From contig NZ_JBKGYT010000001.1 of assembly GCF_046545975.1 (NCBI RefSeq), positions 1 through 59,779 on the forward strand: DNA of 59,779 nucleotides, given 5' to 3'. This document shows, one piece after another, positions 43,348 to 54,375 of the stretch. Each line of letters starts with the position of its first letter. Positions within the stretch are counted from its first letter, which is position 1. Made by a program: the position numbers and the translations under genes. The notes under the pieces were generated by a model. The model ran no database searches. It saw nothing but the letters and a program-made list of their open reading frames with translations, and was not told the origin of the DNA. The DNA is from Guyparkeria sp. GTDB taxonomy: Bacteria > Pseudomonadota > Gammaproteobacteria > Halothiobacillales > Halothiobacillaceae.

Positions 43348-43641
43348 TCAGCTGGAGAGGTCACCTTCCTCGGGGTAGTGCTTGTGCGGGTGTCGACCCT
43401 CGAGTTGCGCTTCCAGGTCGCTTACCCGCTGGTCGAGGGCCTCGAGTTTGGCCCGCGTGCGGGCGAGCACCTGCGTCTGGACGTCGAATTCTTCGCGGGT
43501 GACCAGGTCCATGCGGGAAAAGCCGTTGCTCACGGCCTGCCGTACGGTCTTCTCGAACTCATGCTTTCCCTCACGCAGGCTTTCGGGCATGGCCTGCTCG
43601 ATGCGCTGGGAGATCTCTTCGATCGTGTTGGTGATGGACAT
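43348..43641 (-). CDS. ubiK: Ubiquinone biosynthesis accessory factor UbiK (BMFP/YqiC)
   Basis: MDLVTREEFDVQTQVLARTRAKLEAL; usual comM-ubiK-glnK context. Confidence 0.9.
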   Translation of the reverse strand: MSITNTIEEISQRIEQAMPESLREGKHEFEKTVRQAVSNGFSRMDLVTREEFDVQTQVLARTRAKLEALDQRVSDLEAQLEGRHPHKHYPEEGDLSS

Positions 43642-43813
43642 CTCGCTACCTCTGCCTGGTGGGCTGCTACGGGTGGTCCGCGTCGACCCGTCCTTCGAAC
43701 CTCGGGGCCGATCGAAACCTGATTGTTGGGGATACCCGGCGAGGATGCAACTTCAAGGCTGCCTCCGGCCGCGCGGGTGACATGGAGGCGGGGAGTGATC
43801 CGGCGGACGCAGC

Positions 43814-43862
43814 TGCACCAACGTGGAGCAGGTCGGCGGAAACCGGGCCCCGTTTTGGGGCC
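43814..43862. promoter_or_regulatory. Tandem NtrC enhancer sites
   Basis: TGCACCAacgTGGAGCA (43814-43830) and GGCCCCgttttGGGGCC (43846-43862), 32 bp apart. Confidence 0.75.
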
Positions 43863-43936
43863 CGGCGCCGCGGGGTGATTCGAGCGGCGGACCGAGAAGC
43901 AATCCAAGTACCTGTAACGCAAGGCAAAATCCAATG

Positions 43937-43952
43937 TGGCACGACCGATGCA
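43937..43952 (+). promoter_or_regulatory. Sigma54 -24/-12 promoter
   Basis: TGGCAC-gaccg-ATGCA with GG and GC 12 bp apart, upstream of porin-glnK-amtB. Confidence 0.8.
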
Positions 43953-43996
43953 GAAGAGGGACTGAACCCGAATGTTCACCTGATGGAGCAAGACAA

Positions 43997-45116
<1,120 letters not shown>

Positions 45117-45131
45117 GCGGAGGAATTCACC

Positions 45132-46376
<1,245 letters not shown>

Positions 46377-46427
46377 GGACGAACCGACAGGGAGATGACG
46401 GCACAGGGGATGTGCCGAGAAGGATCG

Positions 46428-46455
46428 AGGCCCGGGCGACAGCCCGGGCCTTTTT
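46428..46455 (+). terminator. Intrinsic terminator of the glnK-amtB operon
   Basis: AGGCCCGGGC-gaca-GCCCGGGCCT followed by a T-run. Confidence 0.85.
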
Positions 46456-46467
46456 CGTGACTTCCGT

Positions 46468-47085
46468 TCAGTCGGCGTCAGCCGGATCGATCTGCGTGAT
46501 GGACTGCGCGCCGAGGAAGGCCTCGAATGCCTCCACCTGTTCCTCCGGAACGTTGACCCGGGCGGTGACCCCTTGCCCGTAATCGATCGACAGCAGGGTG
46601 GCCCCGTGGCCGTCGGCCCAGTGACGCAGCGGTTGCTCGGCGGCGAAATCGAATCGCAGCCGGTAGGACCGCTGGGGCTGGTGTTCGGTCAGGGGGAGGT
46701 TGGCGAGCGCCAGCTGGGTGGCTCCCGAATACGCCCGGACCAGCCCGCCGGCACCGAGTTTCACGCCACCGAAATAGCGGGTTACCACCACGATCACGTC
46801 CCCGATGCCCTTGTGCCGGATCACGTTGAGGATGGGCTTGCCCGCGGTGCCGCCGGGCTCGCCCGCATCGCTCATTGCAGCGCTGGCGGCAGTCTCCGGG
46901 TTGCCGACGAGATAGGCCCAGCAGTGGTGGCGCGCATCCGGGTAATCGGCCCGAGCCTGCTCGACGAACGCCATGGCTTCGGCGCGGCTGGACACCGCGC
47001 CGGCACGTGCGATGAAGCGGCTCTTCCTGACCTCGAGCTCGCGCTCGATCGTTTCGGCGGGAGTGAAGAAGGTGGCGTCTGACAT
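46468..47085 (-). CDS. yigZ: YigZ/IMPACT family protein
   Basis: KSRFIA, ARHHCWAY, DAGEPGGTAGKP, RYFGG.KLGAGGLVRAY. Confidence 0.92.
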   Translation of the reverse strand: MSDATFFTPAETIERELEVRKSRFIARAGAVSSRAEAMAFVEQARADYPDARHHCWAYLVGNPETAASAAMSDAGEPGGTAGKPILNVIRHKGIGDVIVVVTRYFGGVKLGAGGLVRAYSGATQLALANLPLTEHQPQRSYRLRFDFAAEQPLRHWADGHGATLLSIDYGQGVTARVNVPEEQVEAFEAFLGAQSITQIDPADAD

Positions 47086-47148
47086 CGCTTGCAACGTGAA
47101 GCGCCTGCCGGGGTGGGCAGGCGCGAATGAAACGGCTGGTGTCGCGGT

Positions 47149-47703
47149 TCAGCGGGCCAGGTTGGAGTCGACGCGATCGCGCACTTCCCTGCCGGCAAGC
47201 TGTTCGACCACGGCCAGGGCGAAGTCGATGGCCACGCCCGGGCCACGCCCGGTCACCACGTTGCCGTCGACCACCACCGGCTCGTCGACCACCTCGACCC
47301 CGGCGGTTTCCTCGGCCGACAGGGCGCCCGGGAAGTGGGTGATCCGCCGTCCCTTGAGCAGGCCGGCGGTGGCGAGTACCTTGGGCGCCGCGCAGATCGC
47401 GGCGATCAGGCGCCTTTCCGCGGACTGCTCCTGCAGGCGGGCGATGAGGCGCTTGTCCGCCGCGAGGTTGTTCGCCCCGGGCTGGCCGCCCGGCAGGATG
47501 ATTGCGTCGAATACCGGTTCACTGCCCAGCAGGGTGAGGTTGGTGTCGGTGATGACCGTGATGCCGCGCGCCCCGGTGGCCTTGTCCTCGTGCAGGCTGG
47601 CAACCGTCAGGTCGATGTCCGCACGACGGAGGATGTCGACGGTCGTGATGGCCTCGAGATCCTCGAATCCCGGGGCCAGGAGGATAAGTGCCTTGCATGC
47701 CAT
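47149..47703 (-). CDS. yajL: DJ-1/PfpI family protein (YajL/ThiJ)
   Basis: GFEDLE, ILPGGQPGA, AAICAAP, VVVDGNVVTGRGPG. Confidence 0.88.
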   Translation of the reverse strand: MACKALILLAPGFEDLEAITTVDILRRADIDLTVASLHEDKATGARGITVITDTNLTLLGSEPVFDAIILPGGQPGANNLAADKRLIARLQEQSAERRLIAAICAAPKVLATAGLLKGRRITHFPGALSAEETAGVEVVDEPVVVDGNVVTGRGPGVAIDFALAVVEQLAGREVRDRVDSNLAR

Positions 47704-47748
47704 GGGGCGTTCCCTCCGGGTTCGGTTGAAGTGTGCCGGCGGTCGTGC

Positions 47749-49089
47749 TCAGCGAGGCGTATTCTTGCTGACGACCACCATGCCCTTGAGCAGGTTGAGC
47801 GACTCGTAGAGCTGGAAGTCACGCAGGACCAGCGGCTCTTTTTCCTCGTCATCGTCTTCGCCTTCGCCTTCCTCGGCCTCACGGATCACGTCCATCATCT
47901 CCGAATCGCCATTGCCCAAGTGGCCGCTGAGGCTGGACTCCGAGATCGAGAAGGCCTCCTCGATGCTGCTGACCTTGAGCTGGTGGACGGTCACGTCCGG
48001 CTCGATGCCTTCGGCCTGGATCGAGCGGCCGTCGGGCGTGTAGTAACGGGCGGTGGTCAGACGCAGCGCTCCGCCGTCGGACAGCGGCATGATCGACTGC
48101 ACCGAACCCTTGCCGAAGGTCTTCTCGCCGACGATCAGGGCGCGGCTGCTGTCCTGCAGCGCCCCGGCGACGATCTCGGAGGCGGAGGCCGAGCCGCCAT
48201 TGACCATCACCACCATCGGTGCCCCGTCGAGCCGGTCGCCCGCACTGGCCTCGAAGCTCATCTTCGCGTCAGCGATGCGACCCTTGGTGTAGACGATCTG
48301 CCCTTCCTCGAGGAAGGCGTCGGCCATCTCCACGGAGCCCTCCAGCACCCCGCCGGGGTTGTTGCGCAGATCGAGCACGAGTCCCTTGAGCGCTTCGCCG
48401 TCGTTTTCCTCGACCAGCTTGTCGAGCGCTTCGAGCATCTGCTCGACGGTTCGCGACTGGAACTGCGAGACACGGATGTAGCCCATGCCCGGCTCGAGCA
48501 GTTCGTGCCGTACCGACTCGGTCTTGATGATGGCCCGGGTGATGGTGAATTCCAGCGGCTTGTCCTCGCCCTCGCGAGCGATAGTCAGCTCGATGTCGGT
48601 GTCCGGCTTGCCGCGCATCTTCTTGACGGCCTTCTCGAGATCCAGGTCCTGGGTGAGCTCGCCGTCGATGCGGATGATCTTGTCGCCCGCCTCCAGTCCG
48701 GCCTCCTTGGCCGGGGTGTCGTCGATTGGCGCGATGACCGTCAGCACCCCGTCCTTCATGCCCACCTGGATGCCCAGGCCGCCGAACTCTCCGGAGGTGG
48801 ATTCGCGCAGACTCTTGAACTCTTCGTCGTCCAGGTAGCCCGAGTGCGGATCGAGTTCGGAGATCATGCCCCGGATGGATTTCTCGATCAGTTCCGACTC
48901 GCTGATGTCGTCGACGTAGTCAGAGCGGACGCGGTCGAGCACGTCGGAGTACGTGCGCAGCTGGTCGAGCGGGACGTCGACTTCGTCTGCCCCCGGGCGC
49001 TCGGCAACCGCGTTGATGGCAATGGCGATGGCAAAACCGAAGAAGGCGGCGATGCCCAGGGTCGAGGCTTTGCGGATCCAGGTGGTCAT
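47749..49089 (-). CDS. ctpA: Carboxyl-terminal processing protease (S41)
   Basis: LDPHS, GEFGGLGI PDZ, LDLRNNPGG, SASASEI, TFGKGSVQ, TTARYYTP. Confidence 0.95.
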   Translation of the reverse strand: MTTWIRKASTLGIAAFFGFAIAIAINAVAERPGADEVDVPLDQLRTYSDVLDRVRSDYVDDISESELIEKSIRGMISELDPHSGYLDDEEFKSLRESTSGEFGGLGIQVGMKDGVLTVIAPIDDTPAKEAGLEAGDKIIRIDGELTQDLDLEKAVKKMRGKPDTDIELTIAREGEDKPLEFTITRAIIKTESVRHELLEPGMGYIRVSQFQSRTVEQMLEALDKLVEENDGEALKGLVLDLRNNPGGVLEGSVEMADAFLEEGQIVYTKGRIADAKMSFEASAGDRLDGAPMVVMVNGGSASASEIVAGALQDSSRALIVGEKTFGKGSVQSIMPLSDGGALRLTTARYYTPDGRSIQAEGIEPDVTVHQLKVSSIEEAFSISESSLSGHLGNGDSEMMDVIREAEEGEGEDDDEEKEPLVLRDFQLYESLNLLKGMVVVSKNTPR

Positions 49090-49404
49090 GATGTTCTCTC
49101 TAGACGTGTGCGGCATATCCGGCCCGTCGGCCGTCTGTTCGGACAGCTGGTGCTGTCCGCGTGGGTCCAGGAACCCCACTCGTCGCCAGACGAGCACTCT
49201 CCCGATATTCGGGTCGTTTCGACTGATTGCAAGGCCCGGAGCCGGAGCATGTCCGTGACCCGGTCACCGGTCGGCACGGCCTGCCCCGGCCTGTTACAGG
49301 TCGGGGCCACGGGTACCCGTTCCCTGAAAGAATAGGGTACCACCGTCGGATTGGCGATCTCCAACGGCGACCCGGATCGGGAAGACCGGCGCCGCCCGGA
49401 CAGA

Positions 49405-50601
49405 TCAGCCACCGGCGACTTTCCGCCAGGCTGGCCAGCGTCCTGGGTTGACGGGGCGGTTGTTGTGACGCACCTCAACGTACAGGCCGGATTGACCGGC
49501 GTCCATGACTCCGGATTCGCAGAGTTGGTCTCCCCGGGCGACGCGATCGCCCTTGCTGACGCCAACAGTCTGACAGTGAGCGTACAGCGAAAGATAGTTG
49601 TCGCCATGGCGGAGCATCACGAGCTTGCCCCATCCCTTGAGAGCCCCAGCGTAGACCACCGTTCCCGAATCGACCGCACGGACCGGCTGTCCGCTCTCGG
49701 CCCGGAAGGCGATGCCCTCGTGGCGCAGGCGGCCGTTGGGCAATGATTCACCGAAGGCCCGCATCACCTCGCCCTCGACGGGAATGTTCCCCGACGGGGC
49801 GGGGGTCTTCTCGCCATCGCTGCCGGCCTTTTCCCGGGCCTTTTCGGCGCGCTCGCGGGCCTCCCTCTCAGCCCTGGCGTCCTTTTCCGCCTGGGCGGCG
49901 CGAACCTCGCGGTCGAGTCGTTCCTTGCGTTTCAGCAGAGAGCGGAGGTCGGCCTGCTGCCGGTCGAGCGCCTCGCCGAGGCTGGCGAGCAGTGTCTCCT
50001 GCCGGTCGAGGTTCTCCGCGACCTGGCGGTAGTTCGATTCGAGCGCCTCGCCGGCCTCGCGCAGTTTCTCGTCGTTCGCCTGCATTTCCCGGCGATTCTC
50101 CTCCAGGGCCGCCTGCTGCCTGACCAGCGATTCGCGTGCCCGCTGGATGGGTTCGATCATGGTCTTGAGATACTGGAGGTCGCGACGGGCCTGCAGGGAA
50201 TCGCCCTCGGCGAGCAGGGCCTGCAGGGCTCCGCCGCGGGTCAGTGGGTAGGCGGCGTGCAGCCGCGACTCCAGCTCGGCCTGCCGTTCGGCCAGCCCGT
50301 CCCTGAGCTCCGCCTCCCGGATGTCCAGCGCTTCCCGCCGTTCCTCGAACTCGGCGCGGCGCTCGTCGAGGTCTCGCGCCTGACTCTCGAGCTCGGCCAG
50401 TGCCTCCTCGTGGCGCTCGAGTTCCTTGCGGGCCTTTTCGCGCTCGGCTCGCGTGGTCTCGATCGTCTCGCGCTTGGATTCGATTTCCTCCTCGATCTGC
50501 GCCGCCCAGGCGGGCGCCGCCCCCGCCAGGCAGAATCCGGCAGCGGCCGTCCAGAGGATGGCTACGAGAGTCGGCCGTGTGGTGGGCGGGAATGAAAACA
50601 A
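49405..50601 (-). CDS. envC: Murein hydrolase activator EnvC-like (coiled coil plus degenerate M23/LytM)
   Basis: Signal peptide, long coiled coil, G.VVYAG.L.GWG.LV...H, SLYAH, LYVEVR; envC-ctpA synteny; start codon uncertain. Confidence 0.82.
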   Translation of the reverse strand: MFSFPPTTRPTLVAILWTAAAGFCLAGAAPAWAAQIEEEIESKRETIETTRAEREKARKELERHEEALAELESQARDLDERRAEFEERREALDIREAELRDGLAERQAELESRLHAAYPLTRGGALQALLAEGDSLQARRDLQYLKTMIEPIQRARESLVRQQAALEENRREMQANDEKLREAGEALESNYRQVAENLDRQETLLASLGEALDRQQADLRSLLKRKERLDREVRAAQAEKDARAEREARERAEKAREKAGSDGEKTPAPSGNIPVEGEVMRAFGESLPNGRLRHEGIAFRAESGQPVRAVDSGTVVYAGALKGWGKLVMLRHGDNYLSLYAHCQTVGVSKGDRVARGDQLCESGVMDAGQSGLYVEVRHNNRPVNPGRWPAWRKVAGG

Positions 50602-50773
50602 GGCTGTCCCTGGCCGGTGGCGATGCGATGACCCTGGCCGGGAAGATCGCAACAAAATGGACGAAAAGCGGTAGTATACGGAATCAGAAGGAATTTCGCC
50701 GAGCGGCGGGCGGCTGTCAGGCTGCCGGTTCGAGCGAGGACCGACGCCTTTTTCATCTACTTGGGTCAAGGCC

Positions 50774-51103
50774 ATGAATCTGGAAACCGAGGAATACCCC
50801 GCCACCCGACTGATGGGTCGCTCCGAGGACATCGAGCGCGCTTCCCGCTCGCTCAAGGCCATGTCGCATCCGTTGCGCCTGAAGATCCTGTGCGTGCTCG
50901 GCGACGGCGAGCTCAGCGTCCAGCAGATCGTCGAGGCCGTGGGAACCACCCAGAGCAACATCTCGCAGCATCTCGCCATCCTGCGCGACAAGGGAATCCT
51001 GGCGTCCCGCAAGGACGCCAACCGTGTCTTCTACCGGGTATCGGATGCCCGCACACTGCGCCTGATCAGCATGATGCAGGAAGTCTTTTGCCCATTAACC
51101 TAG
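50774..51103 (+). CDS. ArsR/SmtB repressor, BigR/SqrR/YgaV persulfide-sensing type
   Basis: LKAMSHP.RL.ILC.L, SNISQHL..LR, C-terminal FC; the two Cys sit at the alpha2/alpha5 positions. Confidence 0.88.
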   Translation: MNLETEEYPATRLMGRSEDIERASRSLKAMSHPLRLKILCVLGDGELSVQQIVEAVGTTQSNISQHLAILRDKGILASRKDANRVFYRVSDARTLRLISMMQEVFCPLT

Positions 51104-51105
51104 CC

Positions 51106-51125
51106 TATTATAAAATGCTTATATA
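51106..51125. promoter_or_regulatory. AT-rich inverted repeat, candidate ArsR operator/promoter
   Basis: TATAA-aatgc-TTATA (51109-51123) in otherwise GC-rich DNA, upstream of the DUF2892 gene. Confidence 0.5.
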
Positions 51126-51193
51126 GCTGTGGAACGCCCGCCTCACGGTGGGCGTTTTGCCACCTGTTTTTCCGCTTACCTGGGGTACTTGCC

Positions 51194-51406
51194 ATGACAA
51201 CCGACCGCTACGTTCGCATCATCGCCGGCCTGATGATCCTGATCACCCTGGCCCTGGCGCACCTGACCGGCCAGGCCAACCTGGGGCAGCTGTCCTGGCT
51301 GTGGCTGACCGCCTTCATCGGCCTGAACCTGTTCCAGAGCGGCATCACCCGTTTCTGCCCGCTGGACTCGATCCTCGCCAAGATGGGCGTGCGTCGCGCC
51401 ACCTGA
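51194..51406 (+). CDS. DUF2892 (YgaP-like membrane) protein
   Basis: R..R.IAG, WLWLTAFIGLNLFQSG.T.FCP....L.KMG. Confidence 0.88.
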   Translation: MTTDRYVRIIAGLMILITLALAHLTGQANLGQLSWLWLTAFIGLNLFQSGITRFCPLDSILAKMGVRRAT

Positions 51407-51472
51407 CGGCCTTCCGCGGCCGCGTATCGCGGCCCTTCCCCGGCGTCCTGCCGATCAGGGCGCCGGCGGCGC

Positions 51473-51501
51473 CTTGAATTTTTCTGCACACCCCGCCATT
51501 G
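51473..51501 (+). promoter_or_regulatory. Possible sigma32-type promoter of rhodanese-grxC-trxC-secB
   Basis: CTTGAAt-N14-CGCCATTG versus consensus CTTGAAA-N13/14-CCCCATNT. Confidence 0.4.
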
Positions 51502-51537
51502 TATGGCGCACTTTCCCGTGCTTATTGAGAAGGCTCC

Positions 51538-51966
51538 ATGGAATCCTTTTTCGACTTCCTCGTGCGTCACTGGGCCCTGTCCCTGGCGGCTCTCGTTCTC
51601 ATCGTGCTGCTCATCGGCAACGAACTCTCCCGGCGCCTGCAGAAGTTCGAGACGATCGAACCGTCCGACGTCGCCCGCAAGGCCGGCCGTGAGGGCGTGG
51701 CACTGATCGACGTGCGCGAGCCCAACGAATGGAAGGAAGGCCACATCAAGGGTGCGCGTCATGTTCCGCTGGGCAAGCTCGAAGGGAAGCTGGGTGAACT
51801 CAAGGGGGAGGCCCCGAAGGAGGTGGTCATCTACTGTCGCTCCGGCAACCGCTCGGCCACGGCGGCGAACCTCCTGGTCAAGAACGGCTTCGAGAACGTC
51901 AGTCACCTGGGAGGCGGCATCATCGCCTGGGAGTCGCAGAACTACCCCGTCAGCAAGGGCAAGTAG
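51538..51966 (+). CDS. Membrane-anchored rhodanese (YibN-like)
   Basis: N-terminal TM, IDVREPNEW..GHI.GA, active-site YCRSGNRS, L.GGI.AW. Confidence 0.9.
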   Translation: MESFFDFLVRHWALSLAALVLIVLLIGNELSRRLQKFETIEPSDVARKAGREGVALIDVREPNEWKEGHIKGARHVPLGKLEGKLGELKGEAPKEVVIYCRSGNRSATAANLLVKNGFENVSHLGGGIIAWESQNYPVSKGK

Positions 51967-51975
51967 GCGACACGC

Positions 51976-52290
51976 GTGGAAGGGTCGTCCCGTCAGCCGT
52001 CGATCGTCGTCTACCAGAGCCCGCTCTGCCCCTTCTGTCACTTCGCCAAGCGCCTGCTGAAGAAGCGCGGGCTGTCGTTCGACTCGATCAACGTGCAGCT
52101 TTCCCAGGCGAAGAAGGAAGAGATGATCCAGCGCAGCAAGCGGCTGACGGTCCCGCAGATATTCATCGGCGAGACACATGTCGGCGGTTACGATGAGCTT
52201 GCCGCCCTGGACCGCGAGGACCGCCTGATGCGTCTGGTGGAGGCCGAGGCACGTCGGGCCGAGGGCGACCCTCCTGTCGAGGGGGCGTGA
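51976..52290 (+). CDS. grxC: Glutaredoxin 3
   Basis: CPFC, TVPQIFIG..HVGG.D. Confidence 0.88.
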   Translation: MEGSSRQPSIVVYQSPLCPFCHFAKRLLKKRGLSFDSINVQLSQAKKEEMIQRSKRLTVPQIFIGETHVGGYDELAALDREDRLMRLVEAEARRAEGDPPVEGA

Positions 52291-52347
52291 CGCGCCTGTC
52301 CGTGGCGCTATCATGGGGGTCTGTATCCGGTGAGGGAGAATCCGGCG

Positions 52348-52785
52348 ATGAGCGAATCCAGACACGTGGTCTGCCCCGCCTGCGGGGCCGTCAACCGGGT
52401 GCCGGTCGACCGGCTGGGCAGCGGAACCTGCGGGCGCTGCCGACAGCCCCTCTTCCCCGGCCAGCCGGTAATCCTCGACGAGGCCGGTTTCGAGCGGCAC
52501 GTCGGTCGCAATGACCTCCCGGTGCTGGTCGACTTCTGGGCCGAGTGGTGCGGTCCCTGCAAGATGATGGCGCCCGTGTTCGACCAGTTGGCCCGCGACT
52601 ACGGCGGGCGGCTGGTCGTGGCCAAGCTGGAGACCGAGCGGGCCCCCGGCGTTTCCACGCGGTTGGGCATTCGCAGCATTCCGACGCTGGTTCTTTTCTC
52701 CGGTGGTCGCGAGGTCGACCGCCTTTCCGGCGCGATGCCGGCCGCCCAGCTCAGGCAGTGGCTGGCCGGGCACGGCATCCGCTGA
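52348..52785 (+). CDS. trxC: Thioredoxin 2 (zinc-finger thioredoxin)
   Basis: CPAC...NRV, CGRC, VDFWAEWCGPC, IRSIPTL. Confidence 0.93.
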   Translation: MSESRHVVCPACGAVNRVPVDRLGSGTCGRCRQPLFPGQPVILDEAGFERHVGRNDLPVLVDFWAEWCGPCKMMAPVFDQLARDYGGRLVVAKLETERAPGVSTRLGIRSIPTLVLFSGGREVDRLSGAMPAAQLRQWLAGHGIR

Positions 52786-52790
52786 ATCCC

Positions 52791-52820
52791 AACGAACAAC
52801 GAATAAACGAACAACGAACA
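52791..52820 (+). repeat. Two tandem 15-bp A/C-rich units upstream of secB
   Basis: AACGAACAACGAATA followed by AACGAACAACGAACA. Confidence 0.55.
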
Positions 52821-52835
52821 CAAGGAACGCAGACC

Positions 52836-53330
52836 ATGGCAGAGGGTGAACAGAACGCGGCCGGCAACGGCCAGGACGAACAGCAGTTCTTCGTGCAGAA
52901 GATCTATCTCAAGGACCTGTCCTTCGAGTCGCCGCAGGCGCCGGACATCTTCACGCGCAACGACTGGACGCCCGAGGTCAACGTGCAGGTCGGCAACAAC
53001 GCCACCCGCCTCGCCGACACCGCCTTCGAGACGGAACTCACCATCACGGTCACCGCCACGCACGAGGAAAAGACCATCTACCTCGCCGAGGTGCAGTACG
53101 CCGGCGTGTTCACCATCAAGGGCTTCGACGATGCCACGCGTCGCCAGCTGCTCGGCGCCTACTGCCCCACCCTGATGTTCCCGTACATCCGCGAGACGGT
53201 CAGTGATCTGGTGATGAAGGGCGGCTTCCCGCAGATGGTCCTCCAGCCGATCAACTTCGACGCCCTCTACCAGCAGCACATGCAGGAACAGGCGGCGCAG
53301 GCCGAAGGCGCCGAAACGCGCCCCCAGTAG
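52836..53330 (+). CDS. secB: Protein-export chaperone SecB
   Basis: QKIYLKDLSFESP.AP, EV.YAGVF, CP..MFPY.RE, GGFP...L.PINFDALY. Confidence 0.96.
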   Translation: MAEGEQNAAGNGQDEQQFFVQKIYLKDLSFESPQAPDIFTRNDWTPEVNVQVGNNATRLADTAFETELTITVTATHEEKTIYLAEVQYAGVFTIKGFDDATRRQLLGAYCPTLMFPYIRETVSDLVMKGGFPQMVLQPINFDALYQQHMQEQAAQAEGAETRPQ

Positions 53331-53351
53331 GCACGTTCGAGCAGCCGTCCG

Positions 53352-54362
53352 ATGACCCAGACGGGACACAAGCGGATCGCGGTCCTCGGCGCCGGCTCCT
53401 GGGGAACGGCGCTGGCCGCCCTGCTGGCGGCGAACGGCGCCGAGGTGCGCCTCTGGGCGCGTGACTGCGACCAGGCCGCCGGTATCGACGCCGATCACCA
53501 GAACGCCCGCTACCTCCCCGGCGTGACCCTTCCCGTGGGCCTGCGCGCGACCTGTGACCTGTCGTGGGCCGTCGAGGGGGCCGAGCAGGTCTGGCTGGTC
53601 CTGCCGACCAAGATCCTGGGCGGCTTCCTCGCCGAGCACGCTTCCGAACTGCCGCGCTCGGCGATCTTCGTCAGTGCCTCGAAGGGGTTCGAGCCGGGGT
53701 CTGGCGCCCGCATCGACGAGCTGGTCGAGCGGGCGCTGGGCGATGTCGCCTTCGCGGTGGTCTCCGGTCCGACCTTCGCCATCGAGGTGGCGCACGGCAA
53801 GCCGGCGGCCATCGCGGTGGGCAGTCGGGACGCGGCCGTGGCCGAATCCGTGGCCGCCGCCCTGCGCAACGACCACATCCGCTGCTATCCCAACGACGAC
53901 GTCATCGGCATCGAGCTTGCCGGCGGGCTGAAGAACGTGCTGGCCATCGCCGCCGGCGTGTCCGACGGTCTCGGTTTCGGCGCCAACACCCGGGCGGCAC
54001 TGATCACCCGTGGTCTGGCGGAGATCATGCGCCTGGGCGAGGCCATGGGCGCGCGGCCGGAGACCTTCTTCGGCCTAGCCGGTCTGGGCGACCTGGTGCT
54101 CACCTGCACCGACGATCATTCCCGCAATCGCCAGTTCGGCCTGCGGCTCGCCCGCGGCGAGTCCAAGGACGAGGCCGTCGCCGCGATCGGCCAGGCCGTG
54201 GAAGGCATCGGCGCCGCCCGCGAGGGCCATCGCCTCGCGCAGGACCGCGGCCTGGACATGCCGATCACCGAGGCCGTCTACCGCGTCCTGTTCGAGGACC
54301 TGCCGGCCCGTCAGGCGGTCACCGAACTGCTCTCGCGCGAGCCGCGCTCCCGCGAGTCGTGA
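53352..54362 (+). CDS. gpsA: NAD(P)H-dependent glycerol-3-phosphate dehydrogenase
   Basis: GAGSWGTALA, SKG.E, SGPTFA.EV, KNVLAIAAG, GLGDLVLTCT...SRNR. Confidence 0.96.
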   Translation: MTQTGHKRIAVLGAGSWGTALAALLAANGAEVRLWARDCDQAAGIDADHQNARYLPGVTLPVGLRATCDLSWAVEGAEQVWLVLPTKILGGFLAEHASELPRSAIFVSASKGFEPGSGARIDELVERALGDVAFAVVSGPTFAIEVAHGKPAAIAVGSRDAAVAESVAAALRNDHIRCYPNDDVIGIELAGGLKNVLAIAAGVSDGLGFGANTRAALITRGLAEIMRLGEAMGARPETFFGLAGLGDLVLTCTDDHSRNRQFGLRLARGESKDEAVAAIGQAVEGIGAAREGHRLAQDRGLDMPITEAVYRVLFEDLPARQAVTELLSREPRSRES

Positions 54363-54375
54363 TTCCCGGCGCGTC

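Noticed and set aside
43720-43760. Sigma32-like promoter upstream of ubiK (similar weak match near 49205-49232 before ctpA)
   Set aside because: Spacing or hexamer mismatches too large to call without TSS data.
49267-49375. tRNA or tRNA-Sec
   Set aside because: Cloverleaf-like topology, but no TTCRA T-loop, D-loop GG, 7-nt anticodon loop or CCA end.
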